From: an uncultured Methanosarcinales archaeon
Lineage (GTDB): Archaea; Nanobdellota; Nanobdellia; Woesearchaeales; DATDXC01
Length of the DNA stretch: 64,000 bases
Assembly: GCA_964510025.1 (NCBI GenBank)
Contig: CAZDZV010000003.1
Span: 62,001 to 126,000, forward strand
Direction: 5' to 3'
This document shows, in pieces, positions 1 to 9,958 of this stretch (the first letter of the stretch is position 1; every line of letters starts with the position of its first letter). Made by a program: the position numbers and the translations under genes. The notes under the pieces were generated by a model, which saw only the letters and a program-made list of their open reading frames with translations, had not been told where the DNA came from and searched no databases.

Positions 1-1
1 T

Positions 2-94
2 ATATCTAGCATGAAGATTTTTGGGGTGGCATTCCTGCTTTTTTTGAGCTTTTTTTTACAGCAGATTGGCTATCTTTCAGAAAAGACAAAATGA
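2..94 (+). CDS. 3' end of an upstream membrane protein (partial)
   Basis: Open frame ISSMKIFGVAFLLFLSFFLQQIGYLSEKTK*; its TGA (92-94) overlaps the next ATG (ATGA coupling). Confidence 0.5.
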   Translation: MSSMKIFGVAFLLFLSFFLQQIGYLSEKTK

Positions 95-1077
95 GATATA
101 GCAAAATAATAAACTATTTTTTGCTGGCTTTAGGATTAATCGTACTAGTCCTGTTTGTCAGGTCCCTGGATTTCCATTCTGTAATTGATGGACTTAAATC
201 GGCAGGCTTCAAGGTAGTATTTATCGTATTCTTACTGATGCTCTTAGATGTCTGGCTTAAGGCGCTCAGATGGAAGGTCTTAGTAAAGACAATCACGGGC
301 AAGACCATCGGGCTCTGGTTTTCTTTTCTATCGATCTTTGCAGGAGTCTCTTCGGCAAGCCTATTTCCGGGCAGGAATGAGATTACAAAGCCATTAATGC
401 TAAGGAAGACCTACGGCGCAAGCTTATCCAAGACAATCCCCACAGCTCTTATCGAGAAGGTTCTTGATTTTATGGGTTTATTGTTCGGATTCTTTTTGGC
501 ACTCATATTCGTTCAAAGCTCTGATTACAATCAATACATAATCCCTTTTTTGTCTTTAGCTGCCCTATTGGTTCTTTTTCTCTTCGTATTTCCTAGAAAG
601 CTATGTAAGCTAGTTTCTATAATCATCAAGAAATTACCTCTTTCTGTGAAACTGAGGAAAAAGGCTACCCATGTAAATATCCAGGCATTTGAATGTTTCG
701 ATGTACTCAGAAAAAAACAGACTTCGCTTATCTTTTTTATCCTGTCTATACTTCCGGTCTTTGTTGAGATTTTGAAGATATATTATATCTTCTTGGCTTT
801 TGGGCTGCCTATCTCATTCTTGGCTGCAACTATCGGCTATGTAGGAAGCCTTCTCATAGGTGTTATAACAATGATCCCTGGAGGGGTAGGTGTTACTGAA
901 TTTTCAGCTGCAGCCATAATAAAGACACTGTATGACAGCTACGATCTGAACAAGATAAAGTCAATCATATTTGTAGACCGCATAATCTCTTATTATTTCA
1001 TACTTGTTGCAGGCGGGTTTATTCTGCTTTTTTACGAGAAGATGCTGAAGAAAACTAAAAAAGTAGAATTTAAATAG
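91..1077 (+). CDS. Lysylphosphatidylglycerol-synthase TM / UPF0104 flippase-like membrane protein
   Basis: Multi-TM; LKALRW, ALIEKVLD, IPGGVGVTE and DRIISY motifs typical of UPF0104. Confidence 0.8.
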   Translation: MRYSKIINYFLLALGLIVLVLFVRSLDFHSVIDGLKSAGFKVVFIVFLLMLLDVWLKALRWKVLVKTITGKTIGLWFSFLSIFAGVSSASLFPGRNEITKPLMLRKTYGASLSKTIPTALIEKVLDFMGLLFGFFLALIFVQSSDYNQYIIPFLSLAALLVLFLFVFPRKLCKLVSIIIKKLPLSVKLRKKATHVNIQAFECFDVLRKKQTSLIFFILSILPVFVEILKIYYIFLAFGLPISFLAATIGYVGSLLIGVITMIPGGVGVTEFSAAAIIKTLYDSYDLNKIKSIIFVDRIISYYFILVAGGFILLFYEKMLKKTKKVEFK

Positions 1078-1100
1078 TACGGTATATCTACAGAATCATC

Positions 1101-1460
1101 ATGAACAGAAAAATAGTCAATAAGATATGGGGCTATGAGGAATGGATCGTCAATAGGGATTATTGCGGGAAGAGGCTGGTCCTTAAAAAAGGTTACAGGT
1201 GCTCGATACATCTTCATAAGAATAAAGATGAAACATTTTATGTTACGAAAGGCAAAGTGCTTATTGAACTGAATAACGAAAAAAAGATATTAACCCCGGG
1301 AGATTCCATATTGGTTAAACCGGGAATGAAGCACAGGTTTACCGGGCTGGATGACAGTGAAATAATAGAATTTTCAACACATCATGAGGATTCCGATTCA
1401 TATAGGGAGGAGAAATCAGGCAAGGTTGACTTGTCAAAAATTGAGCTGCCAGGTGATTAA
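1101..1460 (+). CDS. Cupin-domain protein (sugar-phosphate isomerase-like)
   Basis: KIWGYEEW; cupin metal motifs HLHKNKDETF and PGMKHRF. Confidence 0.75.
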   Translation: MNRKIVNKIWGYEEWIVNRDYCGKRLVLKKGYRCSIHLHKNKDETFYVTKGKVLIELNNEKKILTPGDSILVKPGMKHRFTGLDDSEIIEFSTHHEDSDSYREEKSGKVDLSKIELPGD

Positions 1461-2414
1461 ATGAAACATATTTTAGAAAAGCTGGGAAAAACCAGCATCC
1501 TAGTGATAGGAGATATAATGCTGGACAAGTATATATGGGGCAATGTTTCACGAATAAGCCAGGAGGCCCCTGTGCCAATAGTGGATGTTCATGACGAGTA
1601 TCACTCCCCCGGTGGGGCAGCTAACACAGCCAATAATATTGCTTCTCTGGGAGGCAACTGCTATCTTATGGGAATTATCGGAAATGATCAAGCGGCCAAA
1701 ATACTGATGAAGGAGATTAGCAAAACAAAAATAGATACCAGCAATATCATTATGGAGGATAACTATAAAACAACAAGAAAAGTAAGAATAATAGGAAATA
1801 ACCATCAGCTCTTAAGAATCGACTATGAATCAAAGGAGTATATCAGCAGGAAGCTCGAGCAAAAGTTTGTATCCCTTATGAAAAATGCAATAAAGCAAGT
1901 GGATGCTGTCATAATATCGGATTATGCAAAAGGGATGATAACAAAGACCTTAATGGACAGGGTAAGGGTCCTGGCTGGCAAGAAGATAATAATAGTCGAT
2001 CCTAAACCTAAACACAAGCTGTTCTATCGGGATGTTAACCTAATCACCCCAAATAATAGGGAAGCTTGCGCCATGCTTAAAATGGAGATTTCAAACTGTG
2101 AAAATATTAAGCATATCGGAACAGAGCTGGCAAGAGAGCTAAACACAAACGTCCTTATTACAAGGGGAGAAAAAGGGATGACATTATTTGACAGCACCAA
2201 TATATCAGACATACCTACAGTTGCGAAGGAGGTATATGATGTCTCTGGAGCAGGGGATACTGTTGCAGGTGCTATCGGCCTTGCACTGGCAGCAGGAGCC
2301 AGCATGCAGGATGCGGCAACAATTGCAAACCATGCTGCAGGCATTGTAGTGGGAAAGAGGGGAACAGCTACACCAACAATTGAAGAGCTTCGAAAAAGCC
2401 TGAAAGATGAATAA
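1461..2414 (+). CDS. rfaE1: D-glycero-beta-D-manno-heptose-7-phosphate kinase (HldA/RfaE domain I, PfkB family)
   Basis: GDIMLDKY, RISQEAPVP, PGGAAN, SDYAKG, VDPK, DVSGAGDT. Confidence 0.9.
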   Translation: MKHILEKLGKTSILVIGDIMLDKYIWGNVSRISQEAPVPIVDVHDEYHSPGGAANTANNIASLGGNCYLMGIIGNDQAAKILMKEISKTKIDTSNIIMEDNYKTTRKVRIIGNNHQLLRIDYESKEYISRKLEQKFVSLMKNAIKQVDAVIISDYAKGMITKTLMDRVRVLAGKKIIIVDPKPKHKLFYRDVNLITPNNREACAMLKMEISNCENIKHIGTELARELNTNVLITRGEKGMTLFDSTNISDIPTVAKEVYDVSGAGDTVAGAIGLALAAGASMQDAATIANHAAGIVVGKRGTATPTIEELRKSLKDE

Positions 2415-2940
2415 AGCCATATTTTTCGACAGAGATGGCACAATCAATGCTGATCCAGGATATGTGCATAATGTCAAAGATTTTAAATTACTGGACGGAG
2501 CCATAGAGGGACTGCTTTTGCTAAGGGATTTTAAGCTATTCATAATTACCAACCAATCCGGCATTGGAAGAGGCTACTACAAAGAAGAAGATATGCACAA
2601 ATTTAACCGAAGACTGATTGAAGAGCTTAAGAAAAACGGCATCCATATAACTGAGATATATTTTTGTCCACATAGCCCCGAAGAAGATTGTGAATGCCGC
2701 AAGCCCAATACCAAATTTGTGGATGAGGCCAAGGATAAATATGATTTAGATATGAAAAAATCGTGGGTAATCGGGGATCATCCAAGCGATATTGAACTGG
2801 CGCATAGAGCTGGATGCAGGTCGGTTTACGTGCTTACTGGCCACGGCCAGAAACATATTAAGGAAATGAAGAGTAAGCCGGATTTTATGGCATCTAATCT
2901 GCTGAAAGCTGCACAATATATACTCAGAAGTCTGAAGTAA
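2407..2940 (+). CDS. gmhB: D,D-heptose-1,7-bisphosphate phosphatase (HAD IIIA)
   Basis: FDRDGTIN, TNQSGIGRG, CPH..CECRKP, IGD. Confidence 0.9.
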   Translation: MNKAIFFDRDGTINADPGYVHNVKDFKLLDGAIEGLLLLRDFKLFIITNQSGIGRGYYKEEDMHKFNRRLIEELKKNGIHITEIYFCPHSPEEDCECRKPNTKFVDEAKDKYDLDMKKSWVIGDHPSDIELAHRAGCRSVYVLTGHGQKHIKEMKSKPDFMASNLLKAAQYILRSLK

Positions 2941-2941
2941 C

Positions 2942-3415
2942 ATGAACAAAAAAATAAAAAAAATCGTTGAAATCGGCAATATAGCGGATCGGCTGAAGCA
3001 TCAGGGCAAAAAAATTGCCTTTTGCAACGGATGCTTTGACATACTTCATATGGGGCATATAAAATTCTTAGAAGAGGCTAAAAATCAAGGAGATATCCTG
3101 ATTGTAGGCCTCAACTCTGACTCTAGCATCAGGAAATCCAAAGGCAAAGGAAGGCCGATAAATAGGGAACAAAATAGGGCAGGTTTATTAGCTGCTCTGC
3201 AATTTGTAGATTATGTCGTGATTTTTTCGCAAGAAAATCCCATTAAGCTAATTCAGAAGATAAGGCCCGACGTGTTTGTAAATGGGGAGGAATATGGAAA
3301 AGACTGTATAGAGAAAAAAGCTGTGGAGGAATGCGGCGGCAGGATACATCTGGTCAAAAAAGTGCCTGGGTTATCTACCAGCAAACTTGTAGAGAAAATT
3401 ATCGGTCAAAGATGA
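2942..3415 (+). CDS. rfaE2: Heptose-1-phosphate nucleotidyltransferase (HldC/RfaE domain II)
   Basis: NGCFDILHMGH, VGLNSDSS, KGKGRPI, GLSTS. Confidence 0.9.
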   Translation: MNKKIKKIVEIGNIADRLKHQGKKIAFCNGCFDILHMGHIKFLEEAKNQGDILIVGLNSDSSIRKSKGKGRPINREQNRAGLLAALQFVDYVVIFSQENPIKLIQKIRPDVFVNGEEYGKDCIEKKAVEECGGRIHLVKKVPGLSTSKLVEKIIGQR

Positions 3416-4524
3416 ACGTAAAGATAATAAGGGCGATCGACAGATTAATAGGTGCCCCATTGTGTTTTTTGTTTTCTTTTGTGAAGAAAAAAAGGATTAA
3501 TAATAATCCAAAAAAAATTCTTTTTATCCAGCTTTGGGGCATAGGTGAAACCATTTTAACGCTGCCTGCGATCGAAGCGGTCAGAAAAAAATATCCCGGA
3601 GCAAATCTGAACATCCTGTGTACCCCAAGAAACAAGGCAGTGTATACTGATAATGCAAAGATAGACGGACTGCTGATCCTAAAAATGAGTTTGTGGTCCT
3701 ACTTAAAGCTTATCGGTGCCTATTTCAGAAGATATGATATTGTTATAGATTTTGAAGAATATCTTAATATATCCACATTAACGGCTTTTCTTCTGGGGAG
3801 ATTTACAGTCGGATTCGATAATGGAACAAGATCATCACTATATGACCTAAAAACAGCATACAATGACCGGCAGCATGTTGTTGAGACGCATCTTGACCTA
3901 GTTAGATTATTGGGGGCAGACTGGAAATCAACTAGCTTAAGTAAGCTTAGGTATTCCGAGCATGTAAAAATCAGGGTAGAGAGACTATTAAAGAAACTGG
4001 GCATCACAAAGAAAGACTTCATAGTGGGATTTGGGGCCGGAGTGGCAGAATCAGCAAAATCCAGGATGTGGCCACAGGAAAGATTTGGCAAGCTAGCTTT
4101 AGAAATATCAAAGAAATTCAGAAGAACTAAATTAATATTTTTAGGTACCGATGCCGAAAAAAGGCTTAATGATTGCATAATATCATCGATAAAAAATAGG
4201 CTACCAGCATATAATCTGGCTGGCAAGACGAACTTAAAGGAAGCTTTCGCTGTGATAGAAAGATGCAGCCTTGTGGTTGCAAATGACACGGGCATAATGC
4301 ATATTGCAGCTGCACAAGGTGTCAAGACTATAGGCCTATTTGGGCCCAATATACCTTTAAGATGGGCACCTTATGGCCACAAGAATCTCTACCTTTATAA
4401 AGGCAAGGCATGCAAATATTCGCCTTGCATAAATGTACATAAGGGTGAGGTCCCGGAGTGCAGGTTGCAAGAAAATGTATGCATGAAAGCTATAACTGTC
4501 CAGGACATAGTGGGTAAGCTCTAA
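3412..4524 (+). CDS. Glycosyltransferase family 9 (heptosyltransferase-like)
   Basis: Start re-called at MNVKII (ATGA overlap); WGIGE, RMWP, LAGKTNL, NDTGIMHIAAA, GLFGP. Confidence 0.85.
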   Translation: MNVKIIRAIDRLIGAPLCFLFSFVKKKRINNNPKKILFIQLWGIGETILTLPAIEAVRKKYPGANLNILCTPRNKAVYTDNAKIDGLLILKMSLWSYLKLIGAYFRRYDIVIDFEEYLNISTLTAFLLGRFTVGFDNGTRSSLYDLKTAYNDRQHVVETHLDLVRLLGADWKSTSLSKLRYSEHVKIRVERLLKKLGITKKDFIVGFGAGVAESAKSRMWPQERFGKLALEISKKFRRTKLIFLGTDAEKRLNDCIISSIKNRLPAYNLAGKTNLKEAFAVIERCSLVVANDTGIMHIAAAQGVKTIGLFGPNIPLRWAPYGHKNLYLYKGKACKYSPCINVHKGEVPECRLQENVCMKAITVQDIVGKL

Positions 4525-4562
4525 TAGATAATTTTATAAATCCAACTTTTTTTCTTTGAGAT

Positions 4563-6041
4563 ATGAATTATACCAAGAAAATTGTGGGTGGAACCGGCAT
4601 ACTGTTTTTCATGGGCGGATTATCATCACTTTTTGCTTATTTTATACGGATGTTCTTAGCCAGAAATCTCGATCCAACCAATTATGGCCTGTTTTATTCT
4701 GTCTTTACTTTTATCATGTTTTTTCTGTTTTTTAGAAATCTAGGACTGGGAAATGCGCTAGTAAAGTACATACCGGAATTTCAGATAAAAAAGAAGCTGA
4801 ACCACATAAAGACGGCTATTTTCTCTGTATTCACCTTTCAACTGCTCAGCTCAATGTTGTTTGGAGCTGTATTCTTCTTTCTGGCGGATTTCCTTTCAGT
4901 ACATTACTTCAAGAATGAATCTGCAGCTATACTGCTGAAGCTTTTTGTATTTTATGTTGTAATGAGCATCCTCTTCCTTATACCCAAGAACGTTCTGCAA
5001 GGATTTCAGAGAATAACCCTCTTTTCTCTTATAGAGCCATTAAAGCTTATTATCGTCTTTCTGCTAATTCTGTTCTTTTTTAACAGGGGAGCAGGCGTAT
5101 TTTCAGGAGTCATAGCATATGTGCTGGTCTGCCCAATACTTTTTTTCATACTCATATCACCTACCTTAAGGACGTTCAATATCTTCAGATACAAGATAGA
5201 GAATTTTGGGCCAATAACCCGAAAGCTTATCTTTTTTGGGCTGCCAGTGCTGGTGACATCTGTAGGTGGCAGAGTGATAAGCTATATCGATACGTTAATA
5301 CTCACCTATTTCAGGCCACTGGCTGAAGTAGGCATATATAATGTAATTCTTCCTTCTGCCATGATAATCGTTACAGTCGCAGCATCTGCGTCATCTGTTA
5401 TCTTTCCAATGAGTTCTGAACTATGGATAAAAAAGGACAGAAAAAGGCTGCATGATGGAATCAGACTGATGCATAAATATGCATTTGTGATCATTGTTCC
5501 GATAATATTTACGGGATTTGCCTTTTCTAACCTGTTTATCCATCTGTTCTTCGGAGGGGAATACACAAGTGGATCACTAGCCCTGCAGATACTGTTGGTC
5601 GGGGTGCTTTTCTATATAGTGGCTTCAATAAACAACAGCATCATTTCAGGCATAGGCAAGCCTGAAACGGTCACAAAAATCATCTTTGCTGCAGGACTGC
5701 TTAATATCGCGCTAAATATTGTACTGATTCCTACATATGGCATCAATGGCGCAGCAATCGCCACCAGCGTCAGCTATCTGCTAACGTTGTTTCTATCCAC
5801 ACATAGACTGACAAAATATGTAGAGATAGATTTTCCACTTAAGGAGTGGCTTAAGTCGATATTTTCGGCGATATTTTTTGTTTCCGGCGTGTTCCTGATC
5901 AAAGAATCACTTAACATAAATCCATGGTTCGAGCTCGTTATTTCCGTCTCTGTGGCAGGATTAATATATATGGCGGTGATTTATTTCTTAAGGATTGTCG
6001 ACCTTAAAGAAATCAAGTACTATGTGAAGCTGTTAAGATGA
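4563..6041 (+). CDS. Wzx/MOP-family oligosaccharide flippase
   Basis: Many TM helices; LARNL..YG, IDTLIL..VGIY, LIPTYGINGAAIAT. Confidence 0.9.
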   Translation: MNYTKKIVGGTGILFFMGGLSSLFAYFIRMFLARNLDPTNYGLFYSVFTFIMFFLFFRNLGLGNALVKYIPEFQIKKKLNHIKTAIFSVFTFQLLSSMLFGAVFFFLADFLSVHYFKNESAAILLKLFVFYVVMSILFLIPKNVLQGFQRITLFSLIEPLKLIIVFLLILFFFNRGAGVFSGVIAYVLVCPILFFILISPTLRTFNIFRYKIENFGPITRKLIFFGLPVLVTSVGGRVISYIDTLILTYFRPLAEVGIYNVILPSAMIIVTVAASASSVIFPMSSELWIKKDRKRLHDGIRLMHKYAFVIIVPIIFTGFAFSNLFIHLFFGGEYTSGSLALQILLVGVLFYIVASINNSIISGIGKPETVTKIIFAAGLLNIALNIVLIPTYGINGAAIATSVSYLLTLFLSTHRLTKYVEIDFPLKEWLKSIFSAIFFVSGVFLIKESLNINPWFELVISVSVAGLIYMAVIYFLRIVDLKEIKYYVKLLR

Positions 6042-7333
6042 AAACCAGAAAGGTTCTAGTGAAGAAAGTCCTGTCTAGTCTGAATAAACACAATGTCGGC
6101 TACTGCGTACTTAGAAATTATGGCTTCCTGCTTCGGGATAGCAAAAAGGTCCTATCCTCTGAAAAGAGCGTGGATATGGCCATAGCTGAAAAAGACCTGA
6201 TGAAGTTCCATAAGGTTGTGATCAGCATGGGTTTCAAAAGAAGAAAGCCCTCCTTTTCTCTGAAGCATATATCTTATTTCAAAATTTTGGAGCTGGAAAT
6301 CGTTAGCTTTGATGTTCAGGTAGGTGGGGTGCACTGGAATGACATATGTTATCTTGGCGAAGAGTTTGTAATAGGGAATCGAATCAAGAAGTCTTTCTTT
6401 TACGTGCCTTCTGACAACGATATGTTTGTAATGCTACTTCTTCACTCAATATTGGGAAAGCGAAGATTTAAGCCGGAGTATAGATCAATATTGAGTAAGT
6501 TAGGGATCCAGCCTGATTATGTCGCCGCTAGGATCAAGGCTATATTCGGCGCCAGGCTGGCCAAAAAGATGGTCCGTTTGGCCGGGAGCAAAAGATTTGA
6601 CGAACTCTTAAGGATGAAATACTATCTTATACCCTATTTTATCTTTAGGTCATTTAAGAATTCAGTTATTTTCGCAAGACTATTTTTAAGATGGCTTAGG
6701 TGGAAAAGGTTTTTTGTGCCTTATCCCTTTATCGCAATAATGGGGCCGGATGGCAGCGGCAAGACCACAGCAGTTGCAGGCTTGGATAAAGTGGTTAAAA
6801 ATTGTGACCGCAAATCGATTATTGTATATTCCGGCAGAGGTAAACATAATGTCCTTCCTATCAATAAACTCGGCAAGAACTATAAAAAAAGAGAATTGGA
6901 ATCAGAAAAGGCAGGGGCTCCCAAAAAAAGCCTTAAGAAGACTGCCCTCTACACTTTTTCCTCTTTTTTCTATGCGCTTGACTTAATGCTAAGGTACATA
7001 TCGGTGCTACCAAAGCGCTTAAACGGGCATATTGTGATATCAGACAGGTATTGCTCAGATATATTCCTAATGGAGAATGTCCCTTTCTTTGTGCGTAAGG
7101 GCCTATTGATGCTTTTTGCAAGGCCCGACCTAACATTTTATCTCTATAATTCTGTTGAGGTCTTGCATGAAAGAAGGGGCCATGATATTGAAAATTTGCG
7201 ATGGCAAATGAAGAATTTTGGGTTACTTAGGAAGCGATTTGATTCTGTTGATATAATAACAATAAACAAAAAACAGACACTGGAAGATTTAGGCAATATC
7301 ACCTTGGAATGGCTGCTTCATAACTGGTATTAA
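6038..7333 (+). CDS. Nucleotidyltransferase-like / thymidylate-kinase-like P-loop fusion
   Basis: N-term YCVLRNY..SVDMAI; C-term GPDGSGKTT, SDRY, PDLTFYL. Confidence 0.65.
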   Translation: MKTRKVLVKKVLSSLNKHNVGYCVLRNYGFLLRDSKKVLSSEKSVDMAIAEKDLMKFHKVVISMGFKRRKPSFSLKHISYFKILELEIVSFDVQVGGVHWNDICYLGEEFVIGNRIKKSFFYVPSDNDMFVMLLLHSILGKRRFKPEYRSILSKLGIQPDYVAARIKAIFGARLAKKMVRLAGSKRFDELLRMKYYLIPYFIFRSFKNSVIFARLFLRWLRWKRFFVPYPFIAIMGPDGSGKTTAVAGLDKVVKNCDRKSIIVYSGRGKHNVLPINKLGKNYKKRELESEKAGAPKKSLKKTALYTFSSFFYALDLMLRYISVLPKRLNGHIVISDRYCSDIFLMENVPFFVRKGLLMLFARPDLTFYLYNSVEVLHERRGHDIENLRWQMKNFGLLRKRFDSVDIITINKKQTLEDLGNITLEWLLHNWY

Positions 7334-8535
7334 TCCATCCAGACAGCATGCTTAAGCTTCCATCCTCCTTTCTCTTTTTTCCATAGATGCGGTGAACGCG
7401 CCTTATCTACGGTCTTCCAGAACTGCTCCTCGGTTATGCCTATATACTCTAGGAACGACTTAAAATATTTGGAGGGAAATTCTTGGTCAAATTTTTTCAC
7501 CAAAGCAATACCTTCTTCCCTTGTTATCTTGCCATTTCTGATCTCCTGCGCAGCATCATAAGTTGCCCTCCCGATACCAAATTTTATCAGTGTTGTGAAG
7601 TAATGAAACGGGTCTATCTGGTCGTCTATGCTTGAATATTTAGAATAGGAGCCTTCTGTCCTTTCTGTATTCGGCTTAAAACCAGTATGCTTCACAGCAT
7701 AATAAAAACACTCTTGAGGATCCCATTTTAAGTAGTATCCAAGATAGTGGACCTCCACCCCTACTTTCTCTATTTCTTCTTTTTTCGGAGGCATATATGC
7801 TTCTAAATCATTTAGTGATAGACCTTTCTTCTCTGTAAGGTCTTTTATGTTCACTCCTCCCAGTTTTATTGACATCGGATTGTCATTGGTAAAGAATTTC
7901 TTGTCCATAGTGGGCTTTTCATTTTCTTCTATGTTATTTCCATATTCAGCCTGATTTTCCCCATAGAAAACAAGTTTAATATCATTCATAGCAGCGAACT
8001 TGGGGCCTATGAACTTCTGTCCGATGATAAAAGGCTGGAAAGGATGCAATAGATTCAGGAAGGCTAACTTTGTTAGTAGCCTGTGGATTTTTCCGTTAGG
8101 AGTAAAAAGTATGTTGTCAAAACCTGCGTTGATCCATGACTGAAAGTTTTCCCATCCTATCCTTGTGTACTTGTGTGGGCTCCAGGTAACTGTCAGAGGA
8201 TGCATGCCGTACCTGTACTTCAATATATGTGCAGTGAAAGAGCTATCTTTTCCACCACTGCCCGGCACTACACAATCGTATGAGCCATCTTTGCTCCTAT
8301 GCCTGTTGCAGAGCTCAATTAATTCTTTTTCCCTCTTTTTCCAGTCTATCTTTTTGTTTTTCCAATCGTTATATCTGCATGCATCGCATATACCATCCTC
8401 GCCGAAACCTATTGTCTGCTTTTGTTGTTTATCTGTGCTTTTGAATTCTACAGTAGAGCTAGGTCTTTGGTTCGAGATAACGCATTTCCTGCAAAATCTT
8501 ACAATTTTTGGCAGACCGTATTTGACTTCTTCCAT
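7330..8535 (-). CDS. N-acetyl sugar amidotransferase (WbpG/WbuX/PseA family)
   Basis: CRKC..CDAC, PP-loop SGGKDSS, KFGIGRA, IRNGKITREE. Confidence 0.88.
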   Translation of the reverse strand: MEEVKYGLPKIVRFCRKCVISNQRPSSTVEFKSTDKQQKQTIGFGEDGICDACRYNDWKNKKIDWKKREKELIELCNRHRSKDGSYDCVVPGSGGKDSSFTAHILKYRYGMHPLTVTWSPHKYTRIGWENFQSWINAGFDNILFTPNGKIHRLLTKLAFLNLLHPFQPFIIGQKFIGPKFAAMNDIKLVFYGENQAEYGNNIEENEKPTMDKKFFTNDNPMSIKLGGVNIKDLTEKKGLSLNDLEAYMPPKKEEIEKVGVEVHYLGYYLKWDPQECFYYAVKHTGFKPNTERTEGSYSKYSSIDDQIDPFHYFTTLIKFGIGRATYDAAQEIRNGKITREEGIALVKKFDQEFPSKYFKSFLEYIGITEEQFWKTVDKARSPHLWKKEKGGWKLKHAVWMD

Positions 8536-8536
8536 T

Positions 8537-9958
8537 TTACAATTTTGAAAAACTTTTCAATATCTTGAGGCCAATTTTTCCGCTTTTTTCAGGATGAAAT
8601 TGGCAGCCATATATATTATCTTTCTTAACCACCGAGCAAAATTCCTGATTTCCATAGCTTGTTGTGGCCAGGATATGATCTTGGTCATCAGGATCTACAT
8701 AATATGAATGAACAAAATAACAGTCACTTTCGGGTGGAATGTTCTCCAGGATCGATCTGTCCCAACTTCTATTCTGTAGGAGCGAATTCCAGCCCGTATG
8801 GGGGATGGAATAGTCCTGCATGTTCATTTCTGGAATCTCCCTTAATTTAATAACTTTTCCCTTGATAATATCTAGCCCCTTATAGGTTCCGAACTCCTCG
8901 CTTTCAGAAAATAAAAGCTGCATCCCAAGGCAAATCCCCATTATGGGCTTCCCTTGTCCGGCATATTCTTTTATGGCATGAATTAAGCCAAGCTTTTTCA
9001 GATTATTCATCCCCTCACCAAAAGCGCCCACTCCTGGAAGCACCAGGCTTTCAGACCCAGCAATCTCTTCGGCAGTCTTTACCAACTTTATTTGGCATCC
9101 AATCTCCCTAAAACCGGAAATGACGCTTGTCAGGTTCCCTAATCCATAGTCAATTAGCGAGATAATCTTGTTCTTCCCCCTATTGACATGAAGCCGACTC
9201 GTATCTTCCCTGATAGGAAGATGCCCGAGGAATTTTTTTATGTCTTGGATTGTAGTATGATTATAGTGGAGGATAGATGCCATGGAGATTGCATTGCATC
9301 TTGTTTTATCTAAGCACACAGATATGTCTTCTTTTTTCCCAGCGCCCCCTGAAACTATTACAGGCACATTAACTGATTCGACTATCCTCTTTATCAAGTC
9401 AAGATCATAGCCCTTTTGCATGCCTTCATGATCAACAGAGGTTATCAACAGCTCCCCAGCGCCCAGTTCTGACAATTTTTTTGCCCAATTTAAGGCATTC
9501 AGTCCTGTCTTTTCCCTGCCGTTATCTATATAGGCTTCCCACCTATTTGCGGATATTTTTTTTGCTTCAATCGAACCTACTATGCACTGGGATCCAAACA
9601 TCTCGGCAGCTTCGGTAATAAATTCCGGATTTCTTGTAGCTGCTGTATTTATGGCAACTTTATCAGCACCTGCCCTTAGAATCTGCTGGATGTCAGAAAG
9701 CTTCCTTATGCCTCCGCCAACTGTCATCGGTATAAAAACACCCCTGGATACTGTATTCTTTACTACATCCAAAAGATTATTGCGTTCATACAAGCTCGCG
9801 ACTATATCCATATATAAAATCTCATCTGCTCCCTGTTCATAGTATTTTTTAGCCAGTTCGGAGGGATTTCCTATCACGCGCAAACCCTCCAGCTGAATAC
9901 CCTTTACAACATTAGGGCCTTTTACGTCAAGCCTGGGTATTATCCTAATCTTTTTCAT
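8537..9958 (-). CDS. Fused HisF-like cyclase + HisH-like glutaminase (WbuZ-WbuY type ammonia donor)
   Basis: N-half RIIPRLDVK, VGGGIR, GADKVAINT, SGGAG; C-half DYGLGNL, PGVGAF, GICLG, FVHSY, QFHPEKS. Confidence 0.88.
   Translation of the reverse strand: MKKIRIIPRLDVKGPNVVKGIQLEGLRVIGNPSELAKKYYEQGADEILYMDIVASLYERNNLLDVVKNTVSRGVFIPMTVGGGIRKLSDIQQILRAGADKVAINTAATRNPEFITEAAEMFGSQCIVGSIEAKKISANRWEAYIDNGREKTGLNALNWAKKLSELGAGELLITSVDHEGMQKGYDLDLIKRIVESVNVPVIVSGGAGKKEDISVCLDKTRCNAISMASILHYNHTTIQDIKKFLGHLPIREDTSRLHVNRGKNKIISLIDYGLGNLTSVISGFREIGCQIKLVKTAEEIAGSESLVLPGVGAFGEGMNNLKKLGLIHAIKEYAGQGKPIMGICLGMQLLFSESEEFGTYKGLDIIKGKVIKLREIPEMNMQDYSIPHTGWNSLLQNRSWDRSILENIPPESDCYFVHSYYVDPDDQDHILATTSYGNQEFCSVVKKDNIYGCQFHPEKSGKIGLKILKSFSKL

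Noticed and set aside
3720..4349. 209-aa - strand ORF, and similar shadows such as 21975-22577 and 58394-58942
   Set aside because: Antisense to confident genes; no independent features
8537..9958. Histidine biosynthesis operon
   Set aside because: No other his genes; context beside a sugar amidotransferase indicates glycan modification
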